This document shows positions 27,101-35,577 of a stretch of 53,462 bases of DNA, piece by piece. Source of the DNA: a virus (taxonomy: Duplodnaviria; Caudoviricetes); the IMG/VR virus record IMGVR_UViG_3300021088_000015, positions 1 to 53,462 of that record; one strand, 5' to 3'. Each line of letters opens with the position of its first letter. Within the stretch, counting starts at the first letter, position 1. The notes beneath the pieces are model-generated. The model made no database searches. It saw only the letters and a program-made list of their open reading frames with translations, and was not told where the DNA came from. Position numbers and translations under genes: made by a program.

Positions 27101-27274
27101 GTGCTGATCGCACTGTACGAGCTCAACGCGTTCCAGGTGTCCGCGGTGGTGTGGATCAGCTGGAGCCTGGCCAGGGCGGCGTATGACGTCCTGGCCTTGG
27201 TGCGCGCCTGGTGTAGGTGGCGGCGTCGGCCGCGGGTGGTCCGGCGTGTCGGGTCGCCGCCGCCCGGCTGCTAG
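27101..27274 (+). CDS. Small membrane protein (57 aa)
   Basis: GGAG RBS, GTG start, hydrophobic N-half, Arg-rich tail. Confidence 0.4.
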   Translation: MLIALYELNAFQVSAVVWISWSLARAAYDVLALVRAWCRWRRRPRVVRRVGSPPPGC

Positions 27275-27286
27275 CCGGGCTGCTCG

Positions 27287-27472
27287 TCAGCGGCCATCGT
27301 CGCCCCCCAACCGCCGAGCCTGATCGTGCATGCGCCGGGCAACCGATGCCTCGGTCCGGTCGATGAGCCCGTGAAGTGCGAGCGTGTTCGACAGGTAGAG
27401 AACGGTGTCCTCTAGCTCCTTCACGCGCAGGCGCAGGGCTTCGTTCGGGTCGTCGGCTTCGTCAGCGGCCAT
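27287..27472 (-). CDS. Hypothetical protein
   Basis: 61-aa ORF at end of small operon. Confidence 0.55.
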   Translation of the reverse strand: MAADEADDPNEALRLRVKELEDTVLYLSNTLALHGLIDRTEASVARRMHDQARRLGGDDGR

Positions 27473-27707
27473 CGTTGCTCATCGGTTCATCCCACGTCAG
27501 GTCCAGCCTGAGCGTCCGCTGCACCCGTTGGGCGTGTGGCGCGTGCGGGTCTGTGGGGTCGTAGACCAGCACGGGCGGGCTGCTGTTGATGTTCCACGAA
27601 TAGCCGGTGGGGTCCTCGGCAACCAGATCGCTGCTGGTGCCGTCGACGAACTCGACGCTCACCTTGACGCGCTTCGCAGCCAGGCTGCGCTGCTCCTGCT
27701 CAGGCAT
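27462..27707 (-). CDS. Hypothetical protein
   Basis: AAGGAGG RBS. Confidence 0.6.
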   Translation of the reverse strand: MPEQEQRSLAAKRVKVSVEFVDGTSSDLVAEDPTGYSWNINSSPPVLVYDPTDPHAPHAQRVQRTLRLDLTWDEPMSNDGR

Positions 27708-28017
27708 CGTCGCCCTCCTTGGGACTTCCCGTCGCGCTCTCCAGCTCCGCAACGCGCGCGGCCAGCAGATCCCGTTCTGCCGTCATCTCACCGAGCTCCT
27801 TGCTCCAGCCTCGGAGCGTGGGGCGGATCTCCTCGTCCACAACCGCCGTCGCCACGCCGATCCACCTGGCCCGATCCTCGTCCGTGATTGCTGGCGGATA
27901 GGTGAGACCGGAGTCGAAGTCGCGCCTATCGCGGCCGGACCATTTCGACCACATCACCGCAGCCATGCCGTTACGCAGGCCGGTCAAGGGAAGTTCGACG
28001 CCGTCGCGGTCAGGCAT
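27700..28017 (-). CDS. Hypothetical protein
   Basis: AAGGAG RBS; C-terminal coiled coil. Confidence 0.6.
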   Translation of the reverse strand: MPDRDGVELPLTGLRNGMAAVMWSKWSGRDRRDFDSGLTYPPAITDEDRARWIGVATAVVDEEIRPTLRGWSKELGEMTAERDLLAARVAELESATGSPKEGDDA

Positions 28018-28243
28018 CGTCGCTCTCCTTCTCGTCGCGGAGCTGCGCGACGTGTTCCCGGCTGTATGCCGAGCGTCTGCTGACCTCTGCGAGCACGCCG
28101 CGCTGCGGTGGCTGGCCGTGGGTCTCGGGGAACGCGTCGCGGATCGCGGCGTGCAGCTGGTCACGGATCTTGGCGGCCTGCTGGTTGACCTGGTCGAGCT
28201 CGTCGCGGAGTCGTTCGATCCGGATGTAGCGGGCTTCGTCCAT
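28010..28243 (-). CDS. Small regulator with C-terminal HTH
   Basis: Helix then LAEVSRRSAYSREHVAQLR. Confidence 0.6.
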   Translation of the reverse strand: MDEARYIRIERLRDELDQVNQQAAKIRDQLHAAIRDAFPETHGQPPQRGVLAEVSRRSAYSREHVAQLRDEKESDDA

Positions 28244-28276
28244 GAGGCAAGCGTACACCGGGTTTACGGATTTACT

Positions 28277-28324
28277 TTGCCAACCTACTTGTCATTGCCA
28301 ACCGGGTTGGCATATGCTCATGAC
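28277..28324 (+). promoter_or_regulatory. Leaderless promoter with palindromic operator in spacer
   Basis: TTGTCA-18-TATGCT-6-ATG; TGCCAACC-G-GGTTGGCA at 28296-28312; extra TTGCCAACC at 28277. Confidence 0.65.
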
Positions 28325-28867
28325 ATGAGCACGGCAGCCACCACCGAGGGAGCCACGATGAACGCCAGCACCGCAGCCGCCAAGGCCGGAGTCACCGTCG
28401 CGACGATCCGCCTCTGGTGCCGCGCCGGCGTCGTCTCCGCCCGCAAGACCACCGGGCAGTGGGTCATCGACAGCCGCTCCCTCGCCCACCGCATCGCCCT
28501 CGGCCGCAAGCCCGTCCCCGCCCCGCTGGTCACCACGGCCGCCGCCCCCGCGATCGCCGACATCGAGACGGCCGCCCGCGCCTACGACCAGGCCCGCCTC
28601 GACACCAACGCCGCCGCCCGGGTGAAGCGCAACGCCGAGAAGGTCCTCAAGCGCACCCCGGACGGGGTGTACGGCTCGGTGACGGTGGAGCGGTTCGAGA
28701 GCAGCCGCCAGGTCGCCGACCTGGACGCCATCCAGGCCCTGCTCGACTTGCACGGTCTCGGTGAGATGCCGATGAAGACCTGCGCCCCGTCGCTCACCCT
28801 CACCTTCGCCGCTGAGGCGACCGGTACCCCGGCCGCTCCCGCCATGGAACTCGCCCACGCCGCCTGA
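28325..28867 (+). CDS. Xis/MerR-like HTH protein with C-terminal domain
   Basis: AAAKAGVTVATIRLWCRAGVVSARK..GQWVID; ends ..LAHAA. Confidence 0.7.
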   Translation: MSTAATTEGATMNASTAAAKAGVTVATIRLWCRAGVVSARKTTGQWVIDSRSLAHRIALGRKPVPAPLVTTAAAPAIADIETAARAYDQARLDTNAAARVKRNAEKVLKRTPDGVYGSVTVERFESSRQVADLDAIQALLDLHGLGEMPMKTCAPSLTLTFAAEATGTPAAPAMELAHAA

Positions 28868-28911
28868 CCGACCGACTACCGTTTCCCCCGCCCACTCCCG
28901 AAGGAGTCGCT

Positions 28912-29340
28912 GTGATCTTCCATGACCCCATCTACGAACACGCCCTGAAAGACCGCGACTGGGCCCCCGCCGGTGGCACGTCCATGAACCGGGCGCGCGA
29001 CCTCAACGACGATCTGACCCGCCGGTTCACGGTCGCGCTCCGCGAGGCAGTCGACGCCGAGCCGGGCATGCACGGCAGCTGGGACGGCAGCCTCCCGTGG
29101 GTGTGGGTCGACGGCGACGAGCTCGGAGGCTGGTGGATCGGCCACGGGATATCCCACGAAATAGAGGCAGCCGAGGACGACCTGAAGACGTTCTTGTGGG
29201 CGGATTACGTCACCGACGCCGAGCCCCCCGTCGAACGGCCAAGGGCAATCAACGTGACCTTGGCTGGGCCTGGGGCGCGGGACGAGACCCGGCTGGCCCG
29301 GATGGTCGTGGAAGCGCTGCGCCCGTACGTACCGAAGTGA
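28912..29340 (+). CDS. Hypothetical protein
   Basis: AAGGAG RBS, 142 aa. Confidence 0.65.
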   Translation: MIFHDPIYEHALKDRDWAPAGGTSMNRARDLNDDLTRRFTVALREAVDAEPGMHGSWDGSLPWVWVDGDELGGWWIGHGISHEIEAAEDDLKTFLWADYVTDAEPPVERPRAINVTLAGPGARDETRLARMVVEALRPYVPK

Positions 29341-29363
29341 CCGCCGCCTGACCCCTTCGCACA

Positions 29364-29409
29364 GCGAAGCGCCCCGTACCTCCCGAAGCGGAGATGCGGG
29401 GCGCTTCGC
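29364..29409. terminator. Hairpin between convergent genes
   Basis: GCGAAGCGCCCCG...CGGGGCGCTTCGC 13-bp stem. Confidence 0.7.
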
Positions 29410-29410
29410 G

Positions 29411-29653
29411 TCAGCCGTCGGCGGGCGGCTGCCGTACGTACACGCCCATCCCGCGCACCGTCTCGACGAGGCCCTCTTCTTTGAGGATCTGCACGGCCTT
29501 GCGGAGCGTGTCCCTGGCCACCTCGAACTCCGCCTCCATTTGGACAATGGACGGGATTGCGCGGCCGGGCGGGATCTGCCCTGAGGTGATGCGCTGCCGG
29601 AGGATAGCCGCCACCTGCCGGTACGGCGGAACCGGCCCCTCCCTGTCGATCAT
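29411..29653 (-). CDS. Stand-alone GntR winged-HTH regulator (KorSA/TraR-like) 1
   Basis: PPYRQVAAILRQRITSG..PG..IPS...EFEVARDTLRKAV..L..EGLV...G.G.YV. Confidence 0.88.
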   Translation of the reverse strand: MIDREGPVPPYRQVAAILRQRITSGQIPPGRAIPSIVQMEAEFEVARDTLRKAVQILKEEGLVETVRGMGVYVRQPPADG

Positions 29654-29808
29654 GGCACAGACCCTAGGCGGGTATGGACGGGCAACCATAGCTAGCCCTG
29701 GGGGTAGTAGAGGGTGGACGGGGGTAGTACACCGGCCCTACGCTGCGGCCTGGGCGGGTGCGCTGCTGGCGACATCTGGCCGGGAAGCCCGGCGCACCCG
29801 CCGTGCGG

Positions 29809-30054
29809 CTACTCGGTCGGCGGCGACACGTACGTCCCGCGCTGGGGGACGGTGTACACCAGGCCCTGCTCGCGTAGGTGGCCGACGGCCCGCCGTACGG
29901 TCGTCCGCGCGACCCCCTCGAACTCCTCCATTAGCGTCTTCTCGCTCGGGATGGGCCGGTCCGGTTGGAGCTGGCCGGACGCGATGCGCGCGGCGACCCA
30001 CGCGGCGATCTGCTGGTACACCGGGGTCGGCGACTCGTGGTCGATCTCAGCCAT
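29809..30054 (-). CDS. Stand-alone GntR winged-HTH regulator (KorSA/TraR-like) 2
   Basis: PVYQQIA...IASG...IPSE..L..EF.VARTTVRRAV..L...GLV...RGTYV. Confidence 0.88.
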   Translation of the reverse strand: MAEIDHESPTPVYQQIAAWVAARIASGQLQPDRPIPSEKTLMEEFEGVARTTVRRAVGHLREQGLVYTVPQRGTYVSPPTE

Positions 30055-30075
30055 GATCCAAACGCTATCTGACCT

Positions 30076-30122
30076 GCTACGTTGCCCCTTATTTGGCTAC
30101 GTGCCTATACGTGTCGCTACGT
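30076..30122. promoter_or_regulatory. Helically phased TACGT operator array between GntR gene and transfer operon
   Basis: GCTACGT at 30076, 30096, 30116; TACGT also at 30108. Confidence 0.65.
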
Positions 30123-30141
30123 ATCGGCGTACCGTACTGCT

Positions 30142-30456
30142 ATGACTGCCCTCCGGACTGTGCGCAACGTCCCGGTACTCCCGGGCTTCATCACGAGCCT
30201 CGAAGACGGCATCCTCACCGCCGAACGCATCCACCCACTGACGCCCTACCAGCTCGCCTACGGGTGCAAGACCCGCGTCACCGCCCCGACCGCCGAAGAG
30301 CTGGACTGGCTGTGCGTCGCCGAGCGGGTGCACGCCGAGCTGGTCGCCAACGCCGAGCGGCAGGCCGCAACCCCGTGCCTGCCGCCCTACGACCAGGTCC
30401 CCGTCTCCAAGACCCTGCTCGGGCTGGACGAGCTCGGCACGCCCGACGGCGGCTGA
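30142..30456 (+). CDS. Hypothetical protein, first gene of putative transfer operon
   Basis: LTPYQLAYG...VTAPTAEEL; divergent from GntR. Confidence 0.65.
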   Translation: MTALRTVRNVPVLPGFITSLEDGILTAERIHPLTPYQLAYGCKTRVTAPTAEELDWLCVAERVHAELVANAERQAATPCLPPYDQVPVSKTLLGLDELGTPDGG

Positions 30457-30458
30457 CC

Positions 30459-30731
30459 ATGGTGGCGGCGGTGAACTGCGTCAGCCCTCACCTACTGTCC
30501 GCGCGCGATGACGCCGAGGAAATCGCCTGGTTCGCGGTGACCGTGGACAGCGCCCGCGTGATCGAGCATTCGTGCTCGTTCTGCCCCGGGCCGGGGTACG
30601 AGCTGTGCGTTCTGGGCGCCCGCTGGTTCATCCGCCGGACCAGCCGCAAAGGGACCCACGAGACGATGCGGTGGCGAGAGCGAACGACCAGGCGGTTGTG
30701 GGCCGAGCTGTTCGCCGGAGTAGCGCGGTAA
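30459..30731 (+). CDS. Hypothetical protein
   Basis: HSCSFC..YELC..G..FIRR. Confidence 0.65.
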   Translation: MVAAVNCVSPHLLSARDDAEEIAWFAVTVDSARVIEHSCSFCPGPGYELCVLGARWFIRRTSRKGTHETMRWRERTTRRLWAELFAGVAR

Positions 30732-30866
30732 GACCCCGAACAATCAGGCGGGCCCGGACGCGGTGATGAAAGCACCGGCCGGGCCCTTGATCAGGAAGAG
30801 ACCCTGACCCATGCAGAACCCTAGACACACCACCCCCGCGCCGACAATGACCCGGCGGGTGCGGTC

Positions 30867-31058
30867 ATGACCACCGCCGAACTCCTCATCCGGCTCCTAC
30901 TCGCCGCATGCTGCTTCCTGGCCGGTACGGGACTGGTCCTGTCCGTGGTCGCCGAACGCCACGGGCCGGTCGCCGCCGCGCTGCTGCTGGTGGCCGGGAC
31001 GACCGCGGTAGCGGTCTACGTCGCCTGGCCGCACCGGGGCGGTGGGGACCGTGGCTGA
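30867..31058 (+). CDS. Small two-TM protein (Spd-like by context)
   Basis: Two TM helices; overlaps next gene. Confidence 0.6.
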   Translation: MTTAELLIRLLLAACCFLAGTGLVLSVVAERHGPVAAALLLVAGTTAVAVYVAWPHRGGGDRG

Positions 31059-31812
31059 CCCCATCCGCCCGCCGGCGTCCCGCTGGGCCGTCGTCCCCCT
31101 CGTGGTCGTCGTGATCGGCATCATCCTGGTCGCGTTCCGGGGGTCGTGGGGGGCGATGCGGGACGCCGCGCTCGCCTGCCATTTCGATCAGTCCAGCGCG
31201 ACCCTCTACCCGTTCGCTGTGGACGGCCTCCTGGTCGTCGCGATCCTCGCCGCGGTGCTGCTGCGTCACGATGCCGGGGCGTCCCGGTACACGCTGGGGA
31301 TCATCGCGGGGTACACCGGGGCGTCGTGGCTCGTGAACTTCCTGCACGGCCTTGGTTGGTTCAGTGCCGACCCGGTGACGCACCTGCGTCCCGTTCCGCC
31401 GTGGTACGTGGTGTGCGTGATCGCCTCACTGGTGATCGGCAGTATTTTCCTGGGGTCTCACCTGCTGGTTTACGTGTGGCGTCACCTGTTCCCCGACGCC
31501 GCCCCTGAGCAGGGGCCCGGCGATGTGTACCAAGGCGGTACGGACACCGACCGTGCCGTCCCGCCCGTTCCAGAGCCTCCCGCGAACAAGTACGAGGCGG
31601 CGAAGCGGGCCTACCGGCACAGCCTCACTCCCGGCATGGCGCGCCTGTCCCAGAAGGCGCTCACGGACCAGTTCGGGGTGTCCAAGCGCGAGGCCGGGAC
31701 GGTGCAGTCCGAGGTGTCCCAGGAGATCGCCGACGAAGCCGCCGCGGCGGATGCTCCGGAGCCCGATGACGTACCGGCGCAGCACACCCCGAACGGGCAT
31801 GTGACGGCATGA
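31051..31812 (+). CDS. DUF2637-type multi-TM protein (Spd-like)
   Basis: AF.GSWGAMRD.A, YPFAVDGL..A, about 4 TM helices, C-terminal HTH-like segment; ATGA-coupled to TraB. Confidence 0.75.
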   Translation: MADPIRPPASRWAVVPLVVVVIGIILVAFRGSWGAMRDAALACHFDQSSATLYPFAVDGLLVVAILAAVLLRHDAGASRYTLGIIAGYTGASWLVNFLHGLGWFSADPVTHLRPVPPWYVVCVIASLVIGSIFLGSHLLVYVWRHLFPDAAPEQGPGDVYQGGTDTDRAVPPVPEPPANKYEAAKRAYRHSLTPGMARLSQKALTDQFGVSKREAGTVQSEVSQEIADEAAAADAPEPDDVPAQHTPNGHVTA

Positions 31813-33647
31813 CCGAAGAATTGGCGCGCCGCCCCCTGTTCGCCGTCCCCGACCCGGTCGAGGACGACAGTGAGGTGATCGTCGGGGAGATCGTCGGCCA
31901 CCCTCCGCTCCCGGTGCGGAGGGTGGCCGTCCGCATGCCGTCGGCCCGGCCGGCCGGGCCCGTCCTGCGCGGGGTCGCCGTCCACGCCGGGTACGGGGTG
32001 GCGGGGCTGTGGCGGGCGGGCACCATGCTCTGGCGGTGGGTGGCGGCCGCCGAGCTGGCGCCGCAGCTCGCCGCGAAACCCGAGCTGGTCATCCGGGAGC
32101 GGGAACGGCGCCGGAAGATCGCAGCCTGGTCGGGTGGCGCATGCCTGGTCGCGGTGGTCTACAGCGCGACCATCTCGTGGGCGTGGCCGACCCTGACCCT
32201 GCTCGCACTCCTGGGCGCCGCGTCCGTAGCCGAGCGGCGCATCCGCCAGTCCGGCCAGCTCGACACCGGCCGGGCCAGCGCAGGCCGCCACCCCGGTACG
32301 AAGGTCGTACGGCAGGCGGTCGCCGCGGCGAAGCTCGGGAAGTTCGACGACATCCGTGTCGTGGGCCCGGTGACGCGGGACCAGGGCATTGCGTGGACTG
32401 CCGTTGTGGAGCTGCCGCCTGGCGGCACGTACACCGCGTCGGCCAAACGCCACGGCGAGCTGGCGGGCGCGCTCGGCGTGGGTGTGTCCCAGCTCGCCAT
32501 CGATCCCGTGCGGGGCCACAACGGGCGGGTGACGCTGTGGTGCGCGGACTCCGACCCTCTCGGTGGGGCGTCGTTGCCGTCCTCGCTGGTCGGGCGCACC
32601 GACGCGTTCGACGTGTACGGGGAGAAAGTGCTGGTCGGGTACGACATCCGGGCCCGGCCCATCGGGTTCAGCCTGCTTGAGCGGTCCCTGCTGATCGGCG
32701 GCGAGCCGGGGGCGGGGAAGTCGGTCGGCTCGAACAACGTCCTGTGCTCCGTGGCCCTCGACCCCCGCATGCCCATGTGGTTGATCGACGGGAAGGGCGG
32801 CGCTGACCTGTCCGATTACGAGGACATCGCCGCCCGGTTCCTGGCCGAACCGGACCCGAAGGCGCTACTGGGCATCATCGGTGACGCCCAGGACGACATG
32901 TCGGACCGGTACCGGGCGCTGAAGGGGGCGGGGGAGAAGAAGCTGACCGGTGACCTCGCCGAGGAGCTCGGCTTCCACCAGGCGCTCTTTCACATCGATG
33001 AGCTCCAGTTCTTCGTGGCGTCGAGTCTCGGTGATGAGATCACGGACGGCCTGTGGGACCTGGCGTCGCGGGGCCGTGCGGCCGGCTGGTCGGTGTCGGC
33101 TGCGACGCAGCGCCCCGGTGGTGAGGTCGTGAAGACGAAGTTGCGCGACATCCTGTCGATTCGGTGGGCGTTGTCGTGTACGACCCCGCAGGCCAGTGAC
33201 ACGATCCTCGGCCAGGGGTACGCGTCGCAGGGCTTCAACGCGCAGAGCATCGACATCGAAACGCAGCGGGGCGGCGGCTATCTGAAGGTCGGTGCGACGC
33301 CGGTTCTGATGCGTACGGGGATGCTGACCGATAACCAGATCAAGGGGATCACCCGGCGGGCGTACAAGCTGCGGGAGCAGGCCGGGACGTTGCCGAAGTC
33401 CGACGGCCGGCCCGCTGTGCGTCTGCTCCGTGCGGTGCTGGCGGCGATGGGTGCACGGGACAAGGTCGCGACCGTCGAGATCCTCACCGCGCTGGCCGGG
33501 GTGGCGGAGTATGCGGAGTGGTCGGCGGAGCAGTTGGCGGACGCGTTGCGTCCGCTCGGGGTGCGGCCGGGCGATCAGTGGATCAGTGGATCGAACCTGC
33601 GCGGTTACCGCCGTGCGGACGTGGCCCGGGCCCTCGAACGGGCCTAG
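31809..33647 (+). CDS. TraB-like FtsK/SpoIIIE conjugative DNA translocase
   Basis: N-terminal TM pair, Walker A GGEPGAGKS, LIDGKGG, Walker B FHIDELQ, GRAAG..ATQRP, C-terminal wHTH (Y.EW..EQLADALRPLGV...NLRGY). Confidence 0.85.
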   Translation: MTEELARRPLFAVPDPVEDDSEVIVGEIVGHPPLPVRRVAVRMPSARPAGPVLRGVAVHAGYGVAGLWRAGTMLWRWVAAAELAPQLAAKPELVIRERERRRKIAAWSGGACLVAVVYSATISWAWPTLTLLALLGAASVAERRIRQSGQLDTGRASAGRHPGTKVVRQAVAAAKLGKFDDIRVVGPVTRDQGIAWTAVVELPPGGTYTASAKRHGELAGALGVGVSQLAIDPVRGHNGRVTLWCADSDPLGGASLPSSLVGRTDAFDVYGEKVLVGYDIRARPIGFSLLERSLLIGGEPGAGKSVGSNNVLCSVALDPRMPMWLIDGKGGADLSDYEDIAARFLAEPDPKALLGIIGDAQDDMSDRYRALKGAGEKKLTGDLAEELGFHQALFHIDELQFFVASSLGDEITDGLWDLASRGRAAGWSVSAATQRPGGEVVKTKLRDILSIRWALSCTTPQASDTILGQGYASQGFNAQSIDIETQRGGGYLKVGATPVLMRTGMLTDNQIKGITRRAYKLREQAGTLPKSDGRPAVRLLRAVLAAMGARDKVATVEILTALAGVAEYAEWSAEQLADALRPLGVRPGDQWISGSNLRGYRRADVARALERA

Positions 33648-33748
33648 ATCGGGTGCGCGGAGGGTCCTAGATCTAGGGTGTCAGCCCCTAGATTCTAGGA
33701 CCCCGTGCGCGACTCCTAGGGGGCCACTGACCTGGGAACTAGGGTGTC
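33643..33748. repeat. CTAG-rich direct/inverted repeat cluster (candidate clt / TraB recognition site)
   Basis: Seven CTAG at 33644, 33667, 33673, 33688, 33695, 33716, 33739; CCTAGAT x3; CTAGGGTGTC x2; inverted GGGTCCTAGA/TCTAGGACCC. Confidence 0.7.
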
Positions 33749-33826
33749 TCGGACCCTCTCGGGTGGGCGGCAGGTCAACTCAGTTTCGTGCTCACCGAGG
33801 GCGCACAGAAGGAAGAGGTATCGGCG

Positions 33827-34009
33827 ATGGGTTGGATCAGTAAGAGCCAGCAGGACCGCGACCACCGGGGTCTGCGGAACGTGTGCGGCGCGTGCGGCCA
33901 CGAGGGGACCGGCCACGACCCGCTGTGCAAGACCGACACCGGGTCGCGTGTCCACACCAGCCATGTGGACGACCCCAAGTCCGGTCTGTTCGGCAAGCGC
34001 CAGAAGTAA
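33827..34009 (+). CDS. Small Cys/His protein
   Basis: GAGG RBS; CGACGH...H..H. Confidence 0.6.
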   Translation: MGWISKSQQDRDHRGLRNVCGACGHEGTGHDPLCKTDTGSRVHTSHVDDPKSGLFGKRQK

Positions 34010-34039
34010 CCCCCCGCCCGGCGACAAGGAGACGAGCAC

Positions 34040-34516
34040 GTGATCAACGCAAGACAGGCGGCCCGTACCGCTACCGGGATGGCCCTCCTCGGGCTGCTCC
34101 TCATGGGCGCCCAGAAGTGCGACACGACCACCAGCGGCGGAGGAGGTGGCGGCGGCGGCGCGGGCTCGCAGGGCGACTGCACGTTCCAGGAGGTGCGCCC
34201 GCCGTCCACGTTCCCGGCGCCGGACGGCAGCACGCTATGGATCACCTCGGCGGTGATCGTGGCATGCGACCCGCCGCCGACCTCGCACCGCCTGGTGATG
34301 CAGCTCCAGAAGTACTCGGGTGGCGCCTGGGTGACGATCTGGATTGAGCACCCGGACACGACCATCCCGGGTGCGGGCGGATACAGGTCCGTGATCGTCT
34401 ACAACGCCTGCGACCCGGGGCGGTGGCGCCTGAAGGTGCGGATCACCGGCAGCACCAAAGCTGGCACCCCGTACCAGGTGGACCAAGTCACCACCACGTC
34501 ACGGATTACGTGCTGA
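34040..34516 (+). CDS. Putative secreted/lipoprotein with Gly linker
   Basis: Signal peptide ending LLLMGAQKC; poly-Gly; four further Cys. Confidence 0.65.
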   Translation: MINARQAARTATGMALLGLLLMGAQKCDTTTSGGGGGGGGAGSQGDCTFQEVRPPSTFPAPDGSTLWITSAVIVACDPPPTSHRLVMQLQKYSGGAWVTIWIEHPDTTIPGAGGYRSVIVYNACDPGRWRLKVRITGSTKAGTPYQVDQVTTTSRITC

Positions 34517-34525
34517 GATGGTGTC

Positions 34526-34843
34526 ATGACAGAGCGAGATGAGCCGGGCCTGCTCACGGCGGGACTCCGGTACGGCGGCCCGTCGCGTCGCCGCTGGTGG
34601 CGCAGGCTACGCCGCCGCCCCCGTACGGAACCCCAGGCGTCCTGGATCCTCCAGTACTTCGACACCACGGGCTGGACGCTGAGGCTCCGCAGCTCAACAC
34701 CGGGCGACCTTGAGTTGCCGCTGGCGTTCGCCAACCGGGACGTGCCCGCCAGCGACCGTGAGGCCGCTCACGAGTGGGCGTTGAGCGTGCTGCCGGCCGG
34801 TGTTGAGCACACGGTCAGCATGGTGTCCGAGCGCCAGAAGTAA
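34526..34843 (+). CDS. Hypothetical protein
   Basis: 105-aa ORF. Confidence 0.55.
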   Translation: MTERDEPGLLTAGLRYGGPSRRRWWRRLRRRPRTEPQASWILQYFDTTGWTLRLRSSTPGDLELPLAFANRDVPASDREAAHEWALSVLPAGVEHTVSMVSERQK

Positions 34844-34861
34844 CCGGGGGATGATGAGCGC

Positions 34862-35158
34862 ATGAGGAAGATCTACCGCTACGAACTGCCGGTGGACGGC
34901 AAGACCCACGCGCTCAAGATGCCCCTCTTCTACATGAAGCAGGGATTCCGTCGAGTCGAAGCAGTCCGTGACGACCTGATCGAATTCTGGATCCAAACAG
35001 ATCATCTAGAGAACGTGACAGAGGGACCCTATGTGCACCTCTTCACGGCGCTCGGCACCGGCCATGACGTACCGGACGGTGCGTGGATACTCGGCACGAC
35101 GGGGCGCACCCCGAGCGGTCTCGTCTGGCATCTCTGCGAGATCGACGCAATCGTGTGA
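34862..35158 (+). CDS. Hypothetical phage protein
   Basis: IYRYEL...GTGH.VP...GT...LVWHL. Confidence 0.65.
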   Translation: MRKIYRYELPVDGKTHALKMPLFYMKQGFRRVEAVRDDLIEFWIQTDHLENVTEGPYVHLFTALGTGHDVPDGAWILGTTGRTPSGLVWHLCEIDAIV

Positions 35159-35283
35159 CCAACCGCGCGGGCCAACCATCAACTCAGGGTTGAGACTTCG
35201 CCAGGAATCGGCCCTCCCGGGGTAGATAGCTTGCGGGAATGTGCATTCCCGATGGGTATCCGGGGAGCCAGTGGTTCGGGAAG

Positions 35284-35334
35284 ACCTTAAGGTTCCTCTT
35301 GCGGAGTGACCTTAAGGTCTGTAAGGTTTCACTC
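35284..35334 (+). promoter_or_regulatory. Leaderless promoter with two ACCTTAAGGT palindromes
   Basis: Palindromes at 35284-35293 and 35308-35319; TTGCGG-17-TAAGGT-7-ATG. Confidence 0.65.
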
Positions 35335-35577
35335 ATGAGCCTACAGCGCATGCCGATCACCCCCGCCACGTTCCGGCGTCTCAAGGCGGCCTCCCTGCGT
35401 GGCGGCCTCGTACTCGACCTCCTCCCCGAGCAAGTCGAGCAGGCGCTCCGCTATCGACTGATCGAGCAGGACGGGAACGAACTCCGGATCACGCCCGCAG
35501 GACGCACGGCATGGGCAGAGCGCGAGGCGCTCGGCGAATACGACCTCGCCAGCATCATCTCTGCCGAGGACGCGTGA
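35335..35577 (+). CDS. Small winged-helix-like hypothetical protein
   Basis: L..RLIEQ...LRITPAGR; TGATG-coupled to Phd gene. Confidence 0.6.
   Translation: MSLQRMPITPATFRRLKAASLRGGLVLDLLPEQVEQALRYRLIEQDGNELRITPAGRTAWAEREALGEYDLASIISAEDA

Noticed and set aside
31809-33647. FtsK ATPase as packaging motor or type VII secretion EccC
   Set aside because: A terminase is already present; single ATPase domain; no WXG100 genes; context is Spd/GntR
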